The translations under genes were made by a program, and so were the position numbers. A model generated the notes under the pieces. That model saw only the letters and a list, made by a program, of their open reading frames with translations, was not told the origin of the DNA and made no database searches. From contig OX597818.1 of the NCBI GenBank assembly GCA_951406725.2, positions 119,722,001 to 119,786,000 on the forward strand: a stretch of DNA of 64,000 nt, given 5' to 3'. Shown piece by piece: positions 13,553-27,932 of the stretch (position 1 is the first letter of the stretch; the number at the start of each line of letters is the position of its first letter). The stretch is from Octopus vulgaris (taxonomy: Eukaryota).

Positions 13553-13695
13553 GGCACTGCACACATCCTACGTAGAACACTTTCCATACAATAACCATCA
13601 GAGCATCACAACAAATCACAGCACATACCCAAGGCACACAGAGCTGCGCTCGGTAGTGAAGTGAAAGCACGCTATAAAAATAAAACTACTGAATA
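13552..13695 (+). mobile_element. Very short 5'-truncated Dong-like LINE, family B
   Basis: Near-identical to 14864-15007. Flanked on both sides by (AAT)n. Confidence 0.88.
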
Positions 13696-13701
13696 ATAAT
13701 G

Positions 13702-13750
<49 letters not shown>

Positions 13751-13802
13751 CAACAACAACAACAGCAACAGCAACAGCAACAACAACAACAACAACAACA
13801 AC

Positions 13803-13872
<70 letters not shown>

Positions 13873-13875
<3 letters not shown>

Positions 13876-15007
13876 GCTGGAAAACTACTATAAAATAACC
13901 ACCATAGGACTGCAAAAATACCTACTTCAGAAGGAAGGAAAACTGATCCAGATAGCAGCAAAACACGAGCAAAACAAAAAACTGTTCTCAGTATTTAAGG
14001 AAGCTGACAAATACAAACAAGAAATCATACCACCTAATAAACACAAAGAAGAAGAAGAAGATGATGAAGAAACAACAAAAGCTATAAAACAAATGAAATC
14101 CAAACTAAAAATAGAACAGCAACGAGCCATGATAAAACGATGGCAAGAAAAGCCCTTCATGGTAAATACTGCACTAAACTAAACGCAAAAGAAATAGACA
14201 AAGAAAAATCCCAGCAATGGTTGAGAAGCTCAGGACTCAAAGCAGAAACAGAGGGATTTTTAATTGCAGCACAAAACCAAAGCCTCCCCACCAGAAATTA
14301 CCAAAAACATGTAATGAAAAGAAATATTACAAGTAACTGCAGAATATGTGGAGATGGACAAGAAACAATAAATCATATTATCTCTAGCTGCCCAGTCCTG
14401 GCTAAGAAGGAATATATTCACAGACATGACAGAGTTGGAACCTACATACATTGGAAGCTATGCCAACATTATGGAATAACAACAGAAAAAAGATGGTATA
14501 GGCACACACCAGAAAAGGTCACAGAAAACGAGAAAGCAACCATACTCTGGGATATGCCGATACACACAGATAGAGAAATTAAGGCCAACAGACCAGATAT
14601 AGTTGTCAGAGATCATGAAGAAAAAAATGCTTTCTAATTGATGTATCAATACCGGCAGATGACAACGTGTCTCTAAAAGAAATGGAGAAACTCTCAAAAT
14701 ACAAAGACCTGGAAATAGAGATAACTAGAATGTGGAACCTGAAAACAGAAACAATTCCTATCATAGTAGGTGCATTAGGCATGATAAAGAAATATTCAGA
14801 CAAATACATAACAAAAACACCAGGACTTACAAACACATATAACATACAGAAAATTGCACTACTAGGCACTGCACACATCCTACGCAGAAAACTTTCCATA
14901 CAATAACCATCAGAGCATCACAAAAAATCACAGCACATACCCAAGGCACACAGAGCTGCGCTCGGTAGTGAAGTGAAAGCACGCTATAAAAATAAAACTA
15001 CTGAATA
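13873..15007 (+). mobile_element. R4/Dong-like LINE, family B, 3' 1.1 kb
   Basis: LHGKY...LKAETEGFLIAAQNQSL, CCHC CRICGDGQETINHIISSC, RHD, REL motif ANRPDIVV...KEMEKLSKYKDL, terminal IQKIALLGTAHILRRKL. (AAT)n on both sides. Confidence 0.95.
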
Positions 15008-15013
15008 ATAATG

Positions 15014-15052
<39 letters not shown>

Positions 15053-15336
15053 TTAGGGAATATGATTCCAAACTTACAGGGAAAAATTCAATTTAGTAAT
15101 ACTAAATCAAAGTTCACAATATATAATACATGTATATAAATTAAAGAACTACCATGAAGCAATTCAACAATGATATACTTAAATCATACCATATAGAAAA
15201 AAATTAAAGATACGATAAAACATTTACCTAGAACTAAATAGAGTACAAAATAATATATAGGCGCAAGGATGGTTGTGTGGATAGGCGCAGGAGTGGCTGT
15301 GTGGTAAGAAGATTACTGCCCAACCACATGTATATG

Positions 15337-15368
<32 letters not shown>

Positions 15369-15418
15369 TGTATGTATGTATATATATATACATATGTATG
15401 CATGTATGTATGTATGTA

Positions 15419-15819
15419 TACTCTTTACTCTTTTACTTGTTTCAGTCATTTGACTGCGGCCATGCTGGAGCACCGCCTTTAATCGAGCAACTCGACCCCG
15501 GGACTTATTCTTCTGTAAGCCCAGTACTTATTCTATCGGTCTCTTTTGCCGAACCACTAAGTAACGGGGACATAAACACACCAGCATCGGTTGTCAAGCA
15601 ATGCTAGGGGGACAAACACACACATGTATATATATATATATATATACATATATACGACGGGCTTCTTTTCAGTTTCCGTCTACCAAATCCACTCACAAGG
15701 CTTTGGTCGTCCCGAGGCTATAGTAGAAGACACTTTCCCAAGGTGCCACGCAGTGGGACTAAACCCGGAACCATGTGGTTGGTAAACAAGCTACTTACCA
15801 CACAGCCACTCCTGCGCCT
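15419..15819 (-). mobile_element. SINE S2, full length
   Basis: tRNA-like head (tggctgtgtgg, ggtttagtccc), CORE-like ccttggg.aagtgtctt, internal (TA)/(TG)n, aaagagt tail repeats. Confidence 0.92.
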
Positions 15820-16590
15820 ATGTATGTGTATGTATATGTATCTTCATGTTCTTTATTTGAAAATTCCTCAACTGTAAAACAAGATAGATCTGCAGCCCAG
15901 AAACCGTGCTCTATTTTGGGGATTTCGACATCAGTCATCTATGTATGAGTGGATGCACACGCATGTCATCGCATGTCCATTCCTTGTGCTTTCTTATTCT
16001 GAAGTTTTCCATTTCAGTCTCAAGGATGTCAACATAAATATTATATGCTTTTGCTGTAATACTAAAACAATAATTCTTTTTAGATTTCTTCCAACTATAC
16101 TTCATTTCAGTTTTAATTTTTTTTTTCTTCTCTACAGAATAAATCTGCATCTTCATAAAAAAGGAACTTTTACGATGTGTTTTGAATACTACTACATCAC
16201 TCAGGAGACTGCTGATTGATTTGAACCGAATTTCTTAATTATTTTTCTCCCTCGATGTCATTGATCAATATCAAAATCTAATCAATAACCCTCTTATCAG
16301 TACAAGTCATATTAAAATGTTCTGTCTTGTAGTGGGTGCTTTAAAACACGGAATTATCTTTTCGTTAAACTTTTCAAAAATACATTTCAATTGATTTATC
16401 TTCTTCACACTTCCAGATCACTTATTATTGTAACTGCAGCTACAACGGTTGGTAGCTTAGAGTGGACGGTCAGCCTGTCTACGAGAAAATACGGTGGCGG
16501 TTGGAGTCGGGTCTATTTTCACACGTGTTTCAAATATTTGTGCAATATGAAGTTCATGCACTGATGAATGATAAACGTCGCCCCTTTTCA

Positions 16591-16873
16591 AGCCTATCCA
16601 GGCTCATGGGCCCGGTTTCCCGGTTTCTATGGCGCATGTGTGTCCCCCCCCCCCAGCGGGACGGGACGCCAGTCCATCGCAGCGTTACTCAAGAAACAGG
16701 AAGAGAGAGTGAGAGAAAGTTGTGGCGAAAAAAGTACAGCAGGGATCGCCACCACCCCCTACCGGAGCCTCGTGGAGCTTTTAGGTGTTTTCGCTCAATA
16801 AACACACACAACGCTCGGTCTGGGAATCGAAACCGCGAACCCGCTGTCCAAACCACTGGGACATTTCGCCTCC
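16591..16873 (-). mobile_element. SINE with S3 head and V-domain-like tail
   Basis: Head matches S3. The minus strand then reads ctgcgatggactggcgtcccgtcc, which resembles the V-SINE domain, instead of the usual S3 tail. Confidence 0.75.
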
Positions 16874-17262
16874 GCGTCATGCACTGATAGTCGCATGTTT
16901 TTTCGAATAAAGTTATTATCAATCTTCTTTTTACGTTTGGCAAATGCTGGTGATTGGCGTGATTATTTTGTTAAGAAATAATTTAGTACAAGACAATATT
17001 CGTCGGAGTAGAATTTAATTCTATTCATATATAGACGAAGCTGTGGCTGTGTGGTAATCTTGATATAGAAGCTAGCGGTTTCGAAGCAGTTGTCTATAGT
17101 TTTCATCTTTGTAGTTGATTTTCAAAGAAATATTCACAGCGGCTGATTTCTATGACGGTACACACTTTCTCTTGTCTGCATGTCTATCAGTAAGCGAGTG
17201 TTGTGTGCAGGTAGGAAAATGAGGATTCGTATGACTGTTTATTTGTGAATTTTGATAAACGT

Positions 17263-17668
17263 ACTCTTTTACTCTTTTACTTGTTTCAGTCATTTGACAG
17301 CGGCCATGCTGGAGCACCGCCTTTAGTCGACCAAATCGACCCCAGGATTTATTCTTTGTAAGCCTAGTACTTATTCTATCGGTCTCTTTTGCCGAACCGC
17401 TAAGTCACGGGGACGTAAACCCGTCAGCATCGGTTGTCAGGCGATGTTGTGGGGGACAAACAGACACACAAACACACACACATACATACATATACATATA
17501 TATACGACGGGCTTCTTTCGGTTTCCGTCTACCAAATCCACTCACAAGGCTTTTGTCGGCCCGAGGCTATAGTAGAAGTCACTTGCCCAAGGTGCCACGC
17601 AGTGGGACTGAAACCGGAACAACGTGGTTGGTAAGCAATCTACTTACCACACAGCTACTCCTGCGCCT
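17263..17668 (-). mobile_element. SINE S2, full length
   Basis: Colinear with 15419-15819. Confidence 0.92.
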
Positions 17669-17825
17669 TTAAGTTTGCATGGACTTTGTCTATCTGCATT
17701 TACAAGCGAAGTTAGATATTTTTGTGTAACAGTTTTTCCATTGGTGTGTGTTCATGTGTCAGGGCGTTCGAAAAATATACTACTTTTTCTTTATCGATTA
17801 GAATGCGTTTCTAATATCTGTCTAG

Positions 17826-17920
<95 letters not shown>

Positions 17921-18277
17921 TTTGTATGCGGTCGGTTTAGGTACGTATAATTTATGTACGTATGAGAATGAGTTTCTACGTGTGCAGATAACATACTCTA
18001 TGTTCACGTGGTTATGATCATGCATGTGAGTGAAGAAATGTCTATGTGTATGTGCGTATATATGCAGCTATGGAAAATAGCCAATTCTTCGCCAATGATA
18101 ACCAATGTGTTGCCATCACAATTCCGCAAACATTTTCTGGAAAAATCTTCTGCGGTGACGCACAGCTGTTGAGAAAGAAATATTAAAGCAGTTAATGACA
18201 TGTATAGAATTATGTTTATGTGCCTATATACACCGATAAACATGTAAGCAACAAAAGTGCCACAAACAAATATATAT

Positions 18278-18465
<188 letters not shown>

Positions 18466-18504
18466 ATAAATAGATATATGCATATATATATACATAGATG
18501 CATG

Positions 18505-18562
<58 letters not shown>

Positions 18563-19269
18563 TCATGCTTATGCCAAAATACATTCACATACATACACAC
18601 ATACATGCATACATACATATAAACATACATACATACATACATACATACATACATACATACATACATACATACATACATACATACATACATACATACATAC
18701 ATACATGTGTGTGTGTCAATGTGAATAAACAAAACAGAAAGGATGGGCTTGAAACCGAAGACAGAAAGTAAATATGGCTTATTTACTGCGAGATTTAGAA
18801 ATTTCAGTGACTATTTCTCTATATCTCTGCTAATAACACAAACTTTGAGATTGCATTCGGATAAAAGTTGTTTTATTATCAAACGTTCACTACAAACTCT
18901 AAGTTTTTCTTCTCACTCGGTATCTTTTAATGTCAAACAGTTCGGATATAAGTATTTGCATACTGCCTTGTCTCACATCCAACAAATGAACTAGTATCAT
19001 CTCTCTTCTCTGTTCCCCATCATTCTTGCTTAGAACGTCAAACATATAGAATCTACAGTCAACAAGGTTGTATTTTTTTTCATGAGTTCGCAGAATGGTT
19101 AGCACGCTGGCCAAAATGTTTCGCGGCATTTTGTCCATCTTCACGTACTGAGTTTAAATCCCGCAGTGGTCGACTTTACCTTCTGTCATTTCAGCGTCCT
19201 TTAAATAAATACTATTCAAGCACTCGGGTCGACAGATCCCCTTATCAAAATCTCGAGCCTTTAGCTCCT

Positions 19270-19800
19270 GTACTTTTTTTGCCATATACTTTTCGATGAT
19301 GTTTCAACATACTTTTAAAGATTACCATGAAGGTGTGAAATTTCAGTTTCACACGGACGGAGGTCTAATAAAACTAAACGGGCAAAGCTTCAAATCAAAG
19401 AAAAAGACCAAGGAAGAGATTCTACGTGAGTTTCTGGTTGCTGATGATTTCACTTTGATTTCTCATTCATTTGAGGAAATTCAGGAAATGGTTGACAGGT
19501 TTGCTGCGGCAGTTCGTGCATTTGAGCTTACTATCAGGTTCAAGAAGACTTAAGCTTTATTTCAGCCAAGCCTGCGGCAAAACATACTCAGGTTCAGATG
19601 TGATGATTGACAATAAGCCACTCAAATGAGTCAGGTCATTTAAATATCTTGGAAGTACAGTTAACTTTAGAAGTATCTTAATGATGAAATCTAGGTTGTG
19701 GGTGCTTTTGGAAAACTTTCCCATCGTCTTTGGGATGAAAACAGTATGAGTTTGAAAACTAAAATAAGCGATACAAATCTTATATTTTGAGCACACTTTT
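19270..19800 (+). mobile_element. Degraded RTE-clade reverse transcriptase fragment
   Basis: FHTDGGL...REFLVADDFTLISHSFEEIQEMVDRFAAAVRAFELTIRFKKT, followed by FKYLGS. ADD catalytic motif present. Confidence 0.85.
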
Positions 19801-19837
19801 GTACGGAGCATATATTTATATATATGTAAGTATGTCT

Positions 19838-20177
19838 GTCATTGCTTAGTTTTATTTTAAGATTTCTTGCCAATAGAGAAAGAGGCAGTTTCTAACCGAG
19901 ATTCAAGGTTCCTTCATTCGAATTTCTACATCAACAACATGGTATTTTTGTTTATATGTATGTATGTATGAATACGTGCAGATTTGTATGTTTTGCTTTA
20001 TGTATGTATTCACATGCATATATTTGCATATCTAGACATGCTCATATATACCTAAACGATAAACTTTTGGAAAGTTTTACAGATTTTTACAGTTCCGGTG
20101 ATGGATTGGATCTGTAGACTTCAAATTAGCCTTCTCCATTCTGGTTTTGAGAAGCCTAATTTTTCAAGACTGGTATA
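19838..20177 (-). mobile_element. 3' end of REL-type LINE, family A, copy 3
   Basis: Reverse-complement homolog of 239-654. Confidence 0.85.
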
Positions 20178-20609
20178 TGAATGTATTATGTGTGTATGTA
20201 TGTATGTATGTATGTATGTATGTATGTATGTATCTATCTATATATGTATGTAGGTATGTATGTATCTATATATATTATGTATGTATGTATGTATGTATGT
20301 ATGTATGTATGTATGTATGTATGTATGTATGTATGTATGTATGTATGTATGTGTGTATGTATGTATGCATGTATGCATGAATGTATGCATGTATGTATGT
20401 ATGTATGTATGTATGTATGTATGTATGTATGTATGTATGTATGTATGTATGTATTTGTATATATGCATTCACTATTATTGAACGTTTCTTACTAAAAACC
20501 TTTGTACCTTATATTTCACTGTAAAGCATTATAAATATTATACTTTCATCTCAGCCCAAAGGCCGAAACAGATAATTCGTGAATGTGGACACAGCAGTAT
20601 GTGTGCGCT

Positions 20610-20653
<44 letters not shown>

Positions 20654-20699
20654 GATAGCAAGTCACAACGGTAGTTGTAGACTAAGGAAAAGAAGGAAA

Positions 20700-21600
20700 A
20701 GATTACCGACTGAAAAATTGAAAGAGGATAAGATTGAAGCTGAAATGGTAATTGGAAAGTGATTTATAGTATTTGAGGATGGAGATGCAGTTGATGTAGA
20801 GACCAATGGTGCATGGAAGAATGGTAACCAAATGAGTTCTGGGCAGAAGAAAGGTAAAAAGAAGGAAATTGATTTCGCATGAATTATGGTATATTACTGA
20901 GACACGAAAGGAACAAAACCAAATTGTTTTCAGTTGGGGAAGAAATGAGATAGACCTTGAAGTGGAGATAGCTAAATATTTGAATCTAAAACTAGAGGTG
21001 AAAAGGTATTGAAACAGCGATAAAAGTGGATTCTTGGTAGCGAAAGATGATTAAGCAGATAAAGTAATAAATTTAAGAGCAAGGAATCAGAGAAGCTTAT
21101 GAAATAATAAAGGAAATTATAGGTAAAGTAACGAGTTCAAAAAGACTACTTGTGTTTATTATTGATGAGGGCCTATTAACATCAGGTGTAAATAATATTA
21201 TATTAAGATGGTTATAAAATTTTAATGTAGACATGAACAAGCCCAGTAACGGGTAGAAATGCTCTGATAATTTCTGAACTATGAGAGAAACCGGAACAAG
21301 CTATGCATGAATATCGTTTGAAGAACTTGAGCAATTTAAAAACCGGAAAGGCTGCTGCTGGATTAGATGGAACTGCAAGAGAAATGGTAAATACAGATAA
21401 GTAAATGTTGCGAGAGTATTATTAAAATCTGTTTAATAGTATAGAGAATATTTGAACAGATATCTGAAAATTGGAAAATCGATGTAACAACATAAAAGGC
21501 TGGATTTGAAAGAATGTGATAATTGAGAGGTTCAGTTTGTAACCCCCTGTGTTCAGTTTGATTATCCTGAATAAGATGCGGACTGCAATAAAATTCGCAT
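20700..21600 (+). mobile_element. Highly degraded LINE ORF2 relic
   Basis: Purine-rich strand bias. NLKTGKAAAGLDG near 21333 resembles the pre-RT GKAxGxDG motif, and there is a CDN.RG-like remnant near 21515. Confidence 0.5.
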
Positions 21601-21870
21601 TGGTTTCACATTCTGGCACTAGCCCAGCAATTTTCAGGGAGGATTAAGTCGATTACATCGACCCCAGTGTTCAACTAGTACTTAATTTATCGACCCCGAA
21701 AAGATGAAAGGCAAAGTCGCACTCACGCTTACATATGTATATATAGTTTTATCTTTTATCTTTTTTACCGAACAGCTAATTTTACGGGGGACGTAAACAC
21801 ACCAACACCGGTTGTCAAGCGGTGGCGGGGGACAAACACAAACACAAAGCTATATACACACACACACGCA

Positions 21871-21908
<38 letters not shown>

Positions 21909-21946
21909 CACACACAAACACACACACACACACATATATGTATATA

Positions 21947-22362
21947 TACTCTTTTACTCTTTTACTTGTTTCAGTCATTTGACTGCGGCCATGCTGGAGC
22001 ACCGCCTTTAGTCGAGCAAATCGACCTCGGGACTTATTTTTTGTAAGCCTAGTACTTATTCTATCGGTCTCTTTTGCCGAACCGCTAAGTGACGGGGACG
22101 TAAACACACCAGCATCGGTTGTCAACCAATGCTAGGGGGACAAACACACACACACAAACACACACACATATACATATAAACATATATATACTTATATGCG
22201 ACAGGCTTCTTTCAGTTTCCGTCTACCAAATCCACTCACAAGGCATTGGTCGGCCTGGGGCTATAGCAGAAGACACTTGCCCAAGATGCCACGCAGTGGG
22301 ACTGAACCCGGAACCATGTGGTTGGTTAGCAAGCTACTTACCACACAGCCACTCCTGCGCCT
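21947..22362 (-). mobile_element. SINE S2, full length
   Basis: Colinear with other S2 copies. Confidence 0.92.
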
Positions 22363-22371
22363 ATATATATA

Positions 22372-22582
22372 TATTCTTTTATTTGTTTCTGTCATTTAAC
22401 TACATTCATGCTGGAGCACCACCTTTAGTCGAACAGATCAACCCAGTACTTATTCTTTGTAAGCCTAGTACTTATACTATCGGTCCTTTTTGCCGAACTG
22501 CTAAGTTACGGGGACGTAAACACACCTGCATCGGTTGTCAAGCGATGTTGGTGGGGACAAACACAGACACACAAACATTTAC

Positions 22583-22662
<80 letters not shown>

Positions 22663-22667
22663 GTATG

Positions 22668-22720
<53 letters not shown>

Positions 22721-22867
22721 GATGAAGGTCTTTCATTTTCCGTCTACCAAATCTACTCACAAGGCTTTGGTCGGGGGCTATAGTAGAAGACACTTGACCA
22801 AGGTGCCACGCACTGGAACCTTGTGGCTGGTAAGCAAGCTACTTACCACACAGCCACTCCTGCGCCT
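22372..22867 (-). mobile_element. SINE S2, full length, adjacent tandem copy
   Basis: Colinear with other S2 copies, with an expanded internal (TA)n. Confidence 0.9.
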
Positions 22868-23909
22868 AAAAATATGCCTATATATATATAATGCTAAATT
22901 CAAAACAGTTGAAAACTGTAAAAAGAACATCACAGAGAATAAAACTGGTATTGTGGTCAGAAAAATCAGAAAGAGTACGAGAAATATATTGGTTTTATGC
23001 TTGAAATGAGTGACGATGTTTCGGATATCAGTCATTCTTCAGAAGTAAGAAAAGAAATAATGAGAAGTGGGGTGAAAGAGGACGAGGGACAAAAGAATGC
23101 GTGAATGCCGTAAAATATGATTTGTAAGAAGAATCCAGGGTGAAGTGAACGGCTAAAAATCAGGAAGAATACTCGGGAAGAATACTGTCCTATGAGGGAG
23201 GCGGGCCAAGAAAAGAAATAGGCGTGGGTATTTAGGTAGATGAGTCAGTGAGTTTGCACGTTTATAGTTACGGGTATAAGGAAGGTCTGTTTGTGTTGGT
23301 GCACGCATGTGTGTATGTGTGTGTTTGTGAAGTGTATGGATATGTATAGACGTGCGCATGGGTGTAAATCTAGTGGTGCGGTTTAGTCTGTGCGTGGTAG
23401 TAATAGAGGTGTGAAGTGTGTAATGGGTAGTCTGTCAGTATGTGCGTGTGTGTTTGTGTGTGTGTGTGTACACATACACACAAAGTGTCACATTTACTTG
23501 TGTAGAGTTGACGTCTCATAAGCCATAGAACTGAAGTCAATTGCAATGTCTGAGACCTCTCCCAGGCCTGCGGTATAAACATTCGCTTTGACAGCTGATT
23601 AGATGGACTTACGTTGCAATCTAGATCGAAAGTAATCTGACCAGATTACCGCTTGCAGCTTGATATGATGCAATATAAATATTGAAACTCACCTTTGGAG
23701 TCTCACATAAATGTGTGTGTGCCTGTGTGCGTATAATATATACACGTGTGTGTGTGTGTGTGTGTGTCTATGTGAGTGTGAGTGTAATTGTGTGAATGTG
23801 CATTTGAAGGCGTATACACATATTTGTATACATATATTCAAATGCACACACACAGGTGGATAGATAGATAGAGAGAGAGAGAGAGATAAACAGACAGACA
23901 GACAGATAA

Positions 23910-24005
<96 letters not shown>

Positions 24006-24067
24006 GCAGGCAGCCGGACAACCGGACAGCCAGATAGACAGACAGCCAGATAGACAGACAGACAGAT

Positions 24068-24175
<108 letters not shown>

Positions 24176-24547
24176 AGTGACAGAGAGGGGGGAAAGAGAG
24201 AGAGAAATATACGCTTCTCTGTGTGTCTGTACTTGTTTGATTTAAGCGTTTCTGTGTATGTATATATTTATGTATGTATGTATGTATGTATGTATATATA
24301 TTTTATATATGTATGTATTTTATGTATATGTATGAGCGTTAAATTTCTTCTGGCATTTTCGTCAGCTTCATTCTAATTGTCTTTCTTTTTCTCCTTACAT
24401 CATGTTTTATTCGCTTTCTGGAAAACACATGTATCTGCATAGGCGAGAGCACGTATCCTTGTTTACAGGAATGTACGTGTGTGTATACGTGCACGTTCTA
24501 TGTCTGTGATTCTGATACATATATATATTATACAAATATATATATGC

Positions 24548-24657
<110 letters not shown>

Positions 24658-25004
24658 GATATTCAAAGTTTCATTTCTCTATGACACATAATCAATATTT
24701 CTTTGTATATGCATGTGTGATGTGTGTGAGTAATTTTTTTTAAAAATTAAATTAAAAATTAAAAACGTTGTGGCAAAGCAGATTTCTTTCTTGAAACAAA
24801 CACCACTTTTTTATTGTTTCATCTCACAGCAAACAGATTGGTGGATTAGTGGAGTCATAAAACGACGTGAGAAAAATATTTTGTATTTCCTTCGGTTGTT
24901 TATGTTCTGGGTTCAAATCCCGCCGAGGTTAACTTTAGCTTTCTGAAGTAAGACAGAGTTTATCACGACCACCTCCGTGATAACTGAACTTAAATCGCTC
25001 AATA

Positions 25005-25580
25005 ATATATCAATCAAAAACGTTGACGACTTCACATATCTTTGATCATACATCGTAGACTCGCAAAAGGTCTTTGACATCCACAAAGCTCTTCTTTGGG
25101 ATGCATGTAACGGACTTGATAAGATCAGGCACTCAAACCTTCCACCCACGTTAAAAGTTAAAATATTTAGAACACTGATTGAGCCGGTCTTTCTCTATGG
25201 ATCAGAGACCTGTACCTTATCGGCTCTCTTAGAAAAACAACTAACTGAAACATATACCAACCTGCTCTGAAAGATGCAGAACATCAGTTAGAGATCACAC
25301 CCAACACTTAGTAACATCTACGGAAATATGATACCAAAATCTCTCAAGCTAAAACAGAAACCACTACAATTTGCCGGCCACTGTCATCGAGAAGAGGAAG
25401 AGGTTATCCCTCCCTGCTCTTATGGCATCCCTCAGAAAGTGTTTTTTGCAGGAAAATGACATTTCCGGATACTATATCTCAAGACTCAGGGCTGGATATT
25501 AGCGACCTGAACACAGCAATGCAGGACCGTGTAGTGTGGAAAGAGGTTGTCAATGGAGTACGGACCAACCATAGGTTAGT
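25005..25580 (+). mobile_element. Degraded RTE/RTEX-like LINE ORF2 C-terminal fragment
   Basis: VDDFTYL*SYI...LKVKIFRTLIEPVFLYGSET...LQFAGHCHR, with stops. Confidence 0.82.
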
Positions 25581-25920
25581 AGAAGGGTGACGTTGATGAG
25601 CTTTCTGAAATCGTTTATACAGATTATAGGGGTGGTTGTTTACTACTGCTCCTAATAGGTCAAGCAACTATATTGGTTTCTCAACTTCTTTATTGTTCTT
25701 TATCTCCATGTCATGTCTGATCCAAAAGGCCTATCATTAAAAGCATTGATTCTACGAACACCCTGCCGTTTCCTCTCGCTTAGTGTGCTTTGGACTTTGT
25801 TATCCAGTTATAATAATATGCTACAACATGGTCTTGGCTGTGGTTCCTGAAAAAAAAACATATAGCTTCGAGTCAGTCCTAATCGTGTAAACCTCTAATC
25901 AAAAGCATTGCCATCTCGTC

Positions 25921-26245
25921 AGTGAGACCCCCTTCGGTCACGACACTGACCGTGGGATTGCACCTAGAAAGTTACCCTCCCAGGCAAAAGTCCGGGCAAG
26001 GTTGTCACCCATGAATACCAGCCTCCCCTCTCCACGCCACCGATGTTATCCAAGGGAAAGGCAAAGGGGCCGATACAGCTTGGCACCTGTGACGTCGCAA
26101 TTCATTTCTACAGCTGAGTGAACTGGAGCAACGTGAAATAAAGTGTCTTGCTCAAGAACACAACACGCAGCCCGGTCCGGGATTCGAGCTCACAACCTCA
26201 CGATCGTAAGCTCGACGCTCTAACCACTGAGCCATGCGCCTTCAC
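25921..26245 (-). mobile_element. tRNA-derived SINE, S4 head + CORE-like domain + distinct tail
   Basis: A box tggctcagtgg, B-box-like gctcgaatcc. The core ttgagcaagacactttatttcacgttgctccag is shared with 3034-3357, but the 3' tail is unrelated. Confidence 0.85.
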
Positions 26246-26809
26246 TACATATATAGAACTATATAGAACTACATTATCCTGAGTAAATACGTATTTTTCC
26301 TGTTATAAGACATTATGATGTGACTTGGTGAAAGGTGCATGACCTAATGGTAAACTGTTGGACGTACGATCGATCGTGGAGTCGCTTCCCGGACCATGTG
26401 GTGCTTTGCCTTCTGGGAAAAGCACTTCATTTACAGTTGTGCCAGTCCACTTAGCTGAAAATAAGTTACGTCTGCTGTAGAAAAGTACCAAGCCGACTAT
26501 AAGCTCAAAATCTTGAAAACGCATGATATGAACAGCCTTTCATTGATGCTGTACATAAGAATGGAAGGTGATGTAACTTAACTGTTACTTCTAGTAGTGC
26601 CAAGTGGAGGCTTCGGTGGATCATTGGCTCTGCAGTTGTTGCTTACATTCGAATTCTACTTTCGGTTTAAATGGCGTATATTCAAATATGGGGCAAAATC
26701 GAAAGAGCCAAACAAAATTGTATTAACAGCACAGTTCTTTCAAAAGATAATACCAATTGTATCATGACCTGCCAAGTCACAAGAACTCTGTTCGGCAACA
26801 CATGCCTGT

Positions 26810-27013
26810 TACTTGTTTCAATCACTGGAATGTGGCCAGGCTGGAGTAACGCTTTGAAGGATCGTTTAGTCGAACGAATCCACCCCAGTACATCTTTTTT
26901 AAGCCTAGCACTTATTGCTTTGATTGTCTTTTACCAAATCGCCAGATTGTTGGGATGTAAACAAACCAACACTAGTTGTCAAGCGGTGATGGGACACAAG
27001 CACAAAGACACAA

Positions 27014-27095
<82 letters not shown>

Positions 27096-27250
27096 GACGG
27101 GCTTCTTTCAGTTTGTCTATGAGATCCACTCTCAAGGTTTTGGTCGGCCCGAAACTATAACAGAAGACACTAGCCCAAGTTTTCATACAGTGGGACTGAA
27201 CCCAGAACGATATGGTTCGAAAGCAAACTTCTTATCACACGGCTAAGCCT
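26810..27250 (-). mobile_element. SINE S2, diverged
   Basis: Homology to the S2 pattern seen in other copies. Confidence 0.8.
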
Positions 27251-27932
27251 GTAGTATCAATATATTATTACTGTTACATATTGAAGAAAACAGAAGATAA
27301 TCGTGTATATGTGTTTTGAATTAGAATCCTGACTCTACCGCGTTGCAAGTATTTCGTTTTCATAAAAACACAACGTCAGACCAAGTCATTTGCCAAGCAA
27401 GCGCAAGTCATTATGATACGTAACACTGAACAATATTTCGATAATCGAACCAAAGAAAACGAACGAAAGGAATAGCCAAGTTGTGGTGGAATGTGTAAGC
27501 ATGAAATCAATGCTATCAATAAAGAGATCAAATTATGGAAGCCAATATCTGCTGTATATAATTAGTTAACCAGGGTTTAGACAAAGTATAAAGCAGTTTG
27601 TTTTAATTTATTTGCTTTCGTTTTTATTTCTTTTTCAAAGCAAATGGCGGTTTGCTTCTGTTCTTTCTCCTGGCAATATTTTTAATAGAATTATAGTATT
27701 TCAGGAATTTGTTGCCACAGATAAGTTGTTGCCGAATGAAAAACCAAAATGAAGGGAAAAGATTAGACAATATTGGAAGATCTTGATACCAAAAGTACAC
27801 GACCTTCTTAAAAATAAATCGATTCCAGAATATAGAATATTAAATCATACACTTCTGCAAATCATAAGAATTGAAAGGAGGGAATTTTAACATTATCTTA
27901 AGCTTATTTATAATTATCTTTTGTCTTCACGA

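Noticed and set aside
22119-23009. Longest ORF (296 aa)
   Set aside because: It spans two adjacent S2 SINEs and (TA)n tracts, so it is read-through of repeats.
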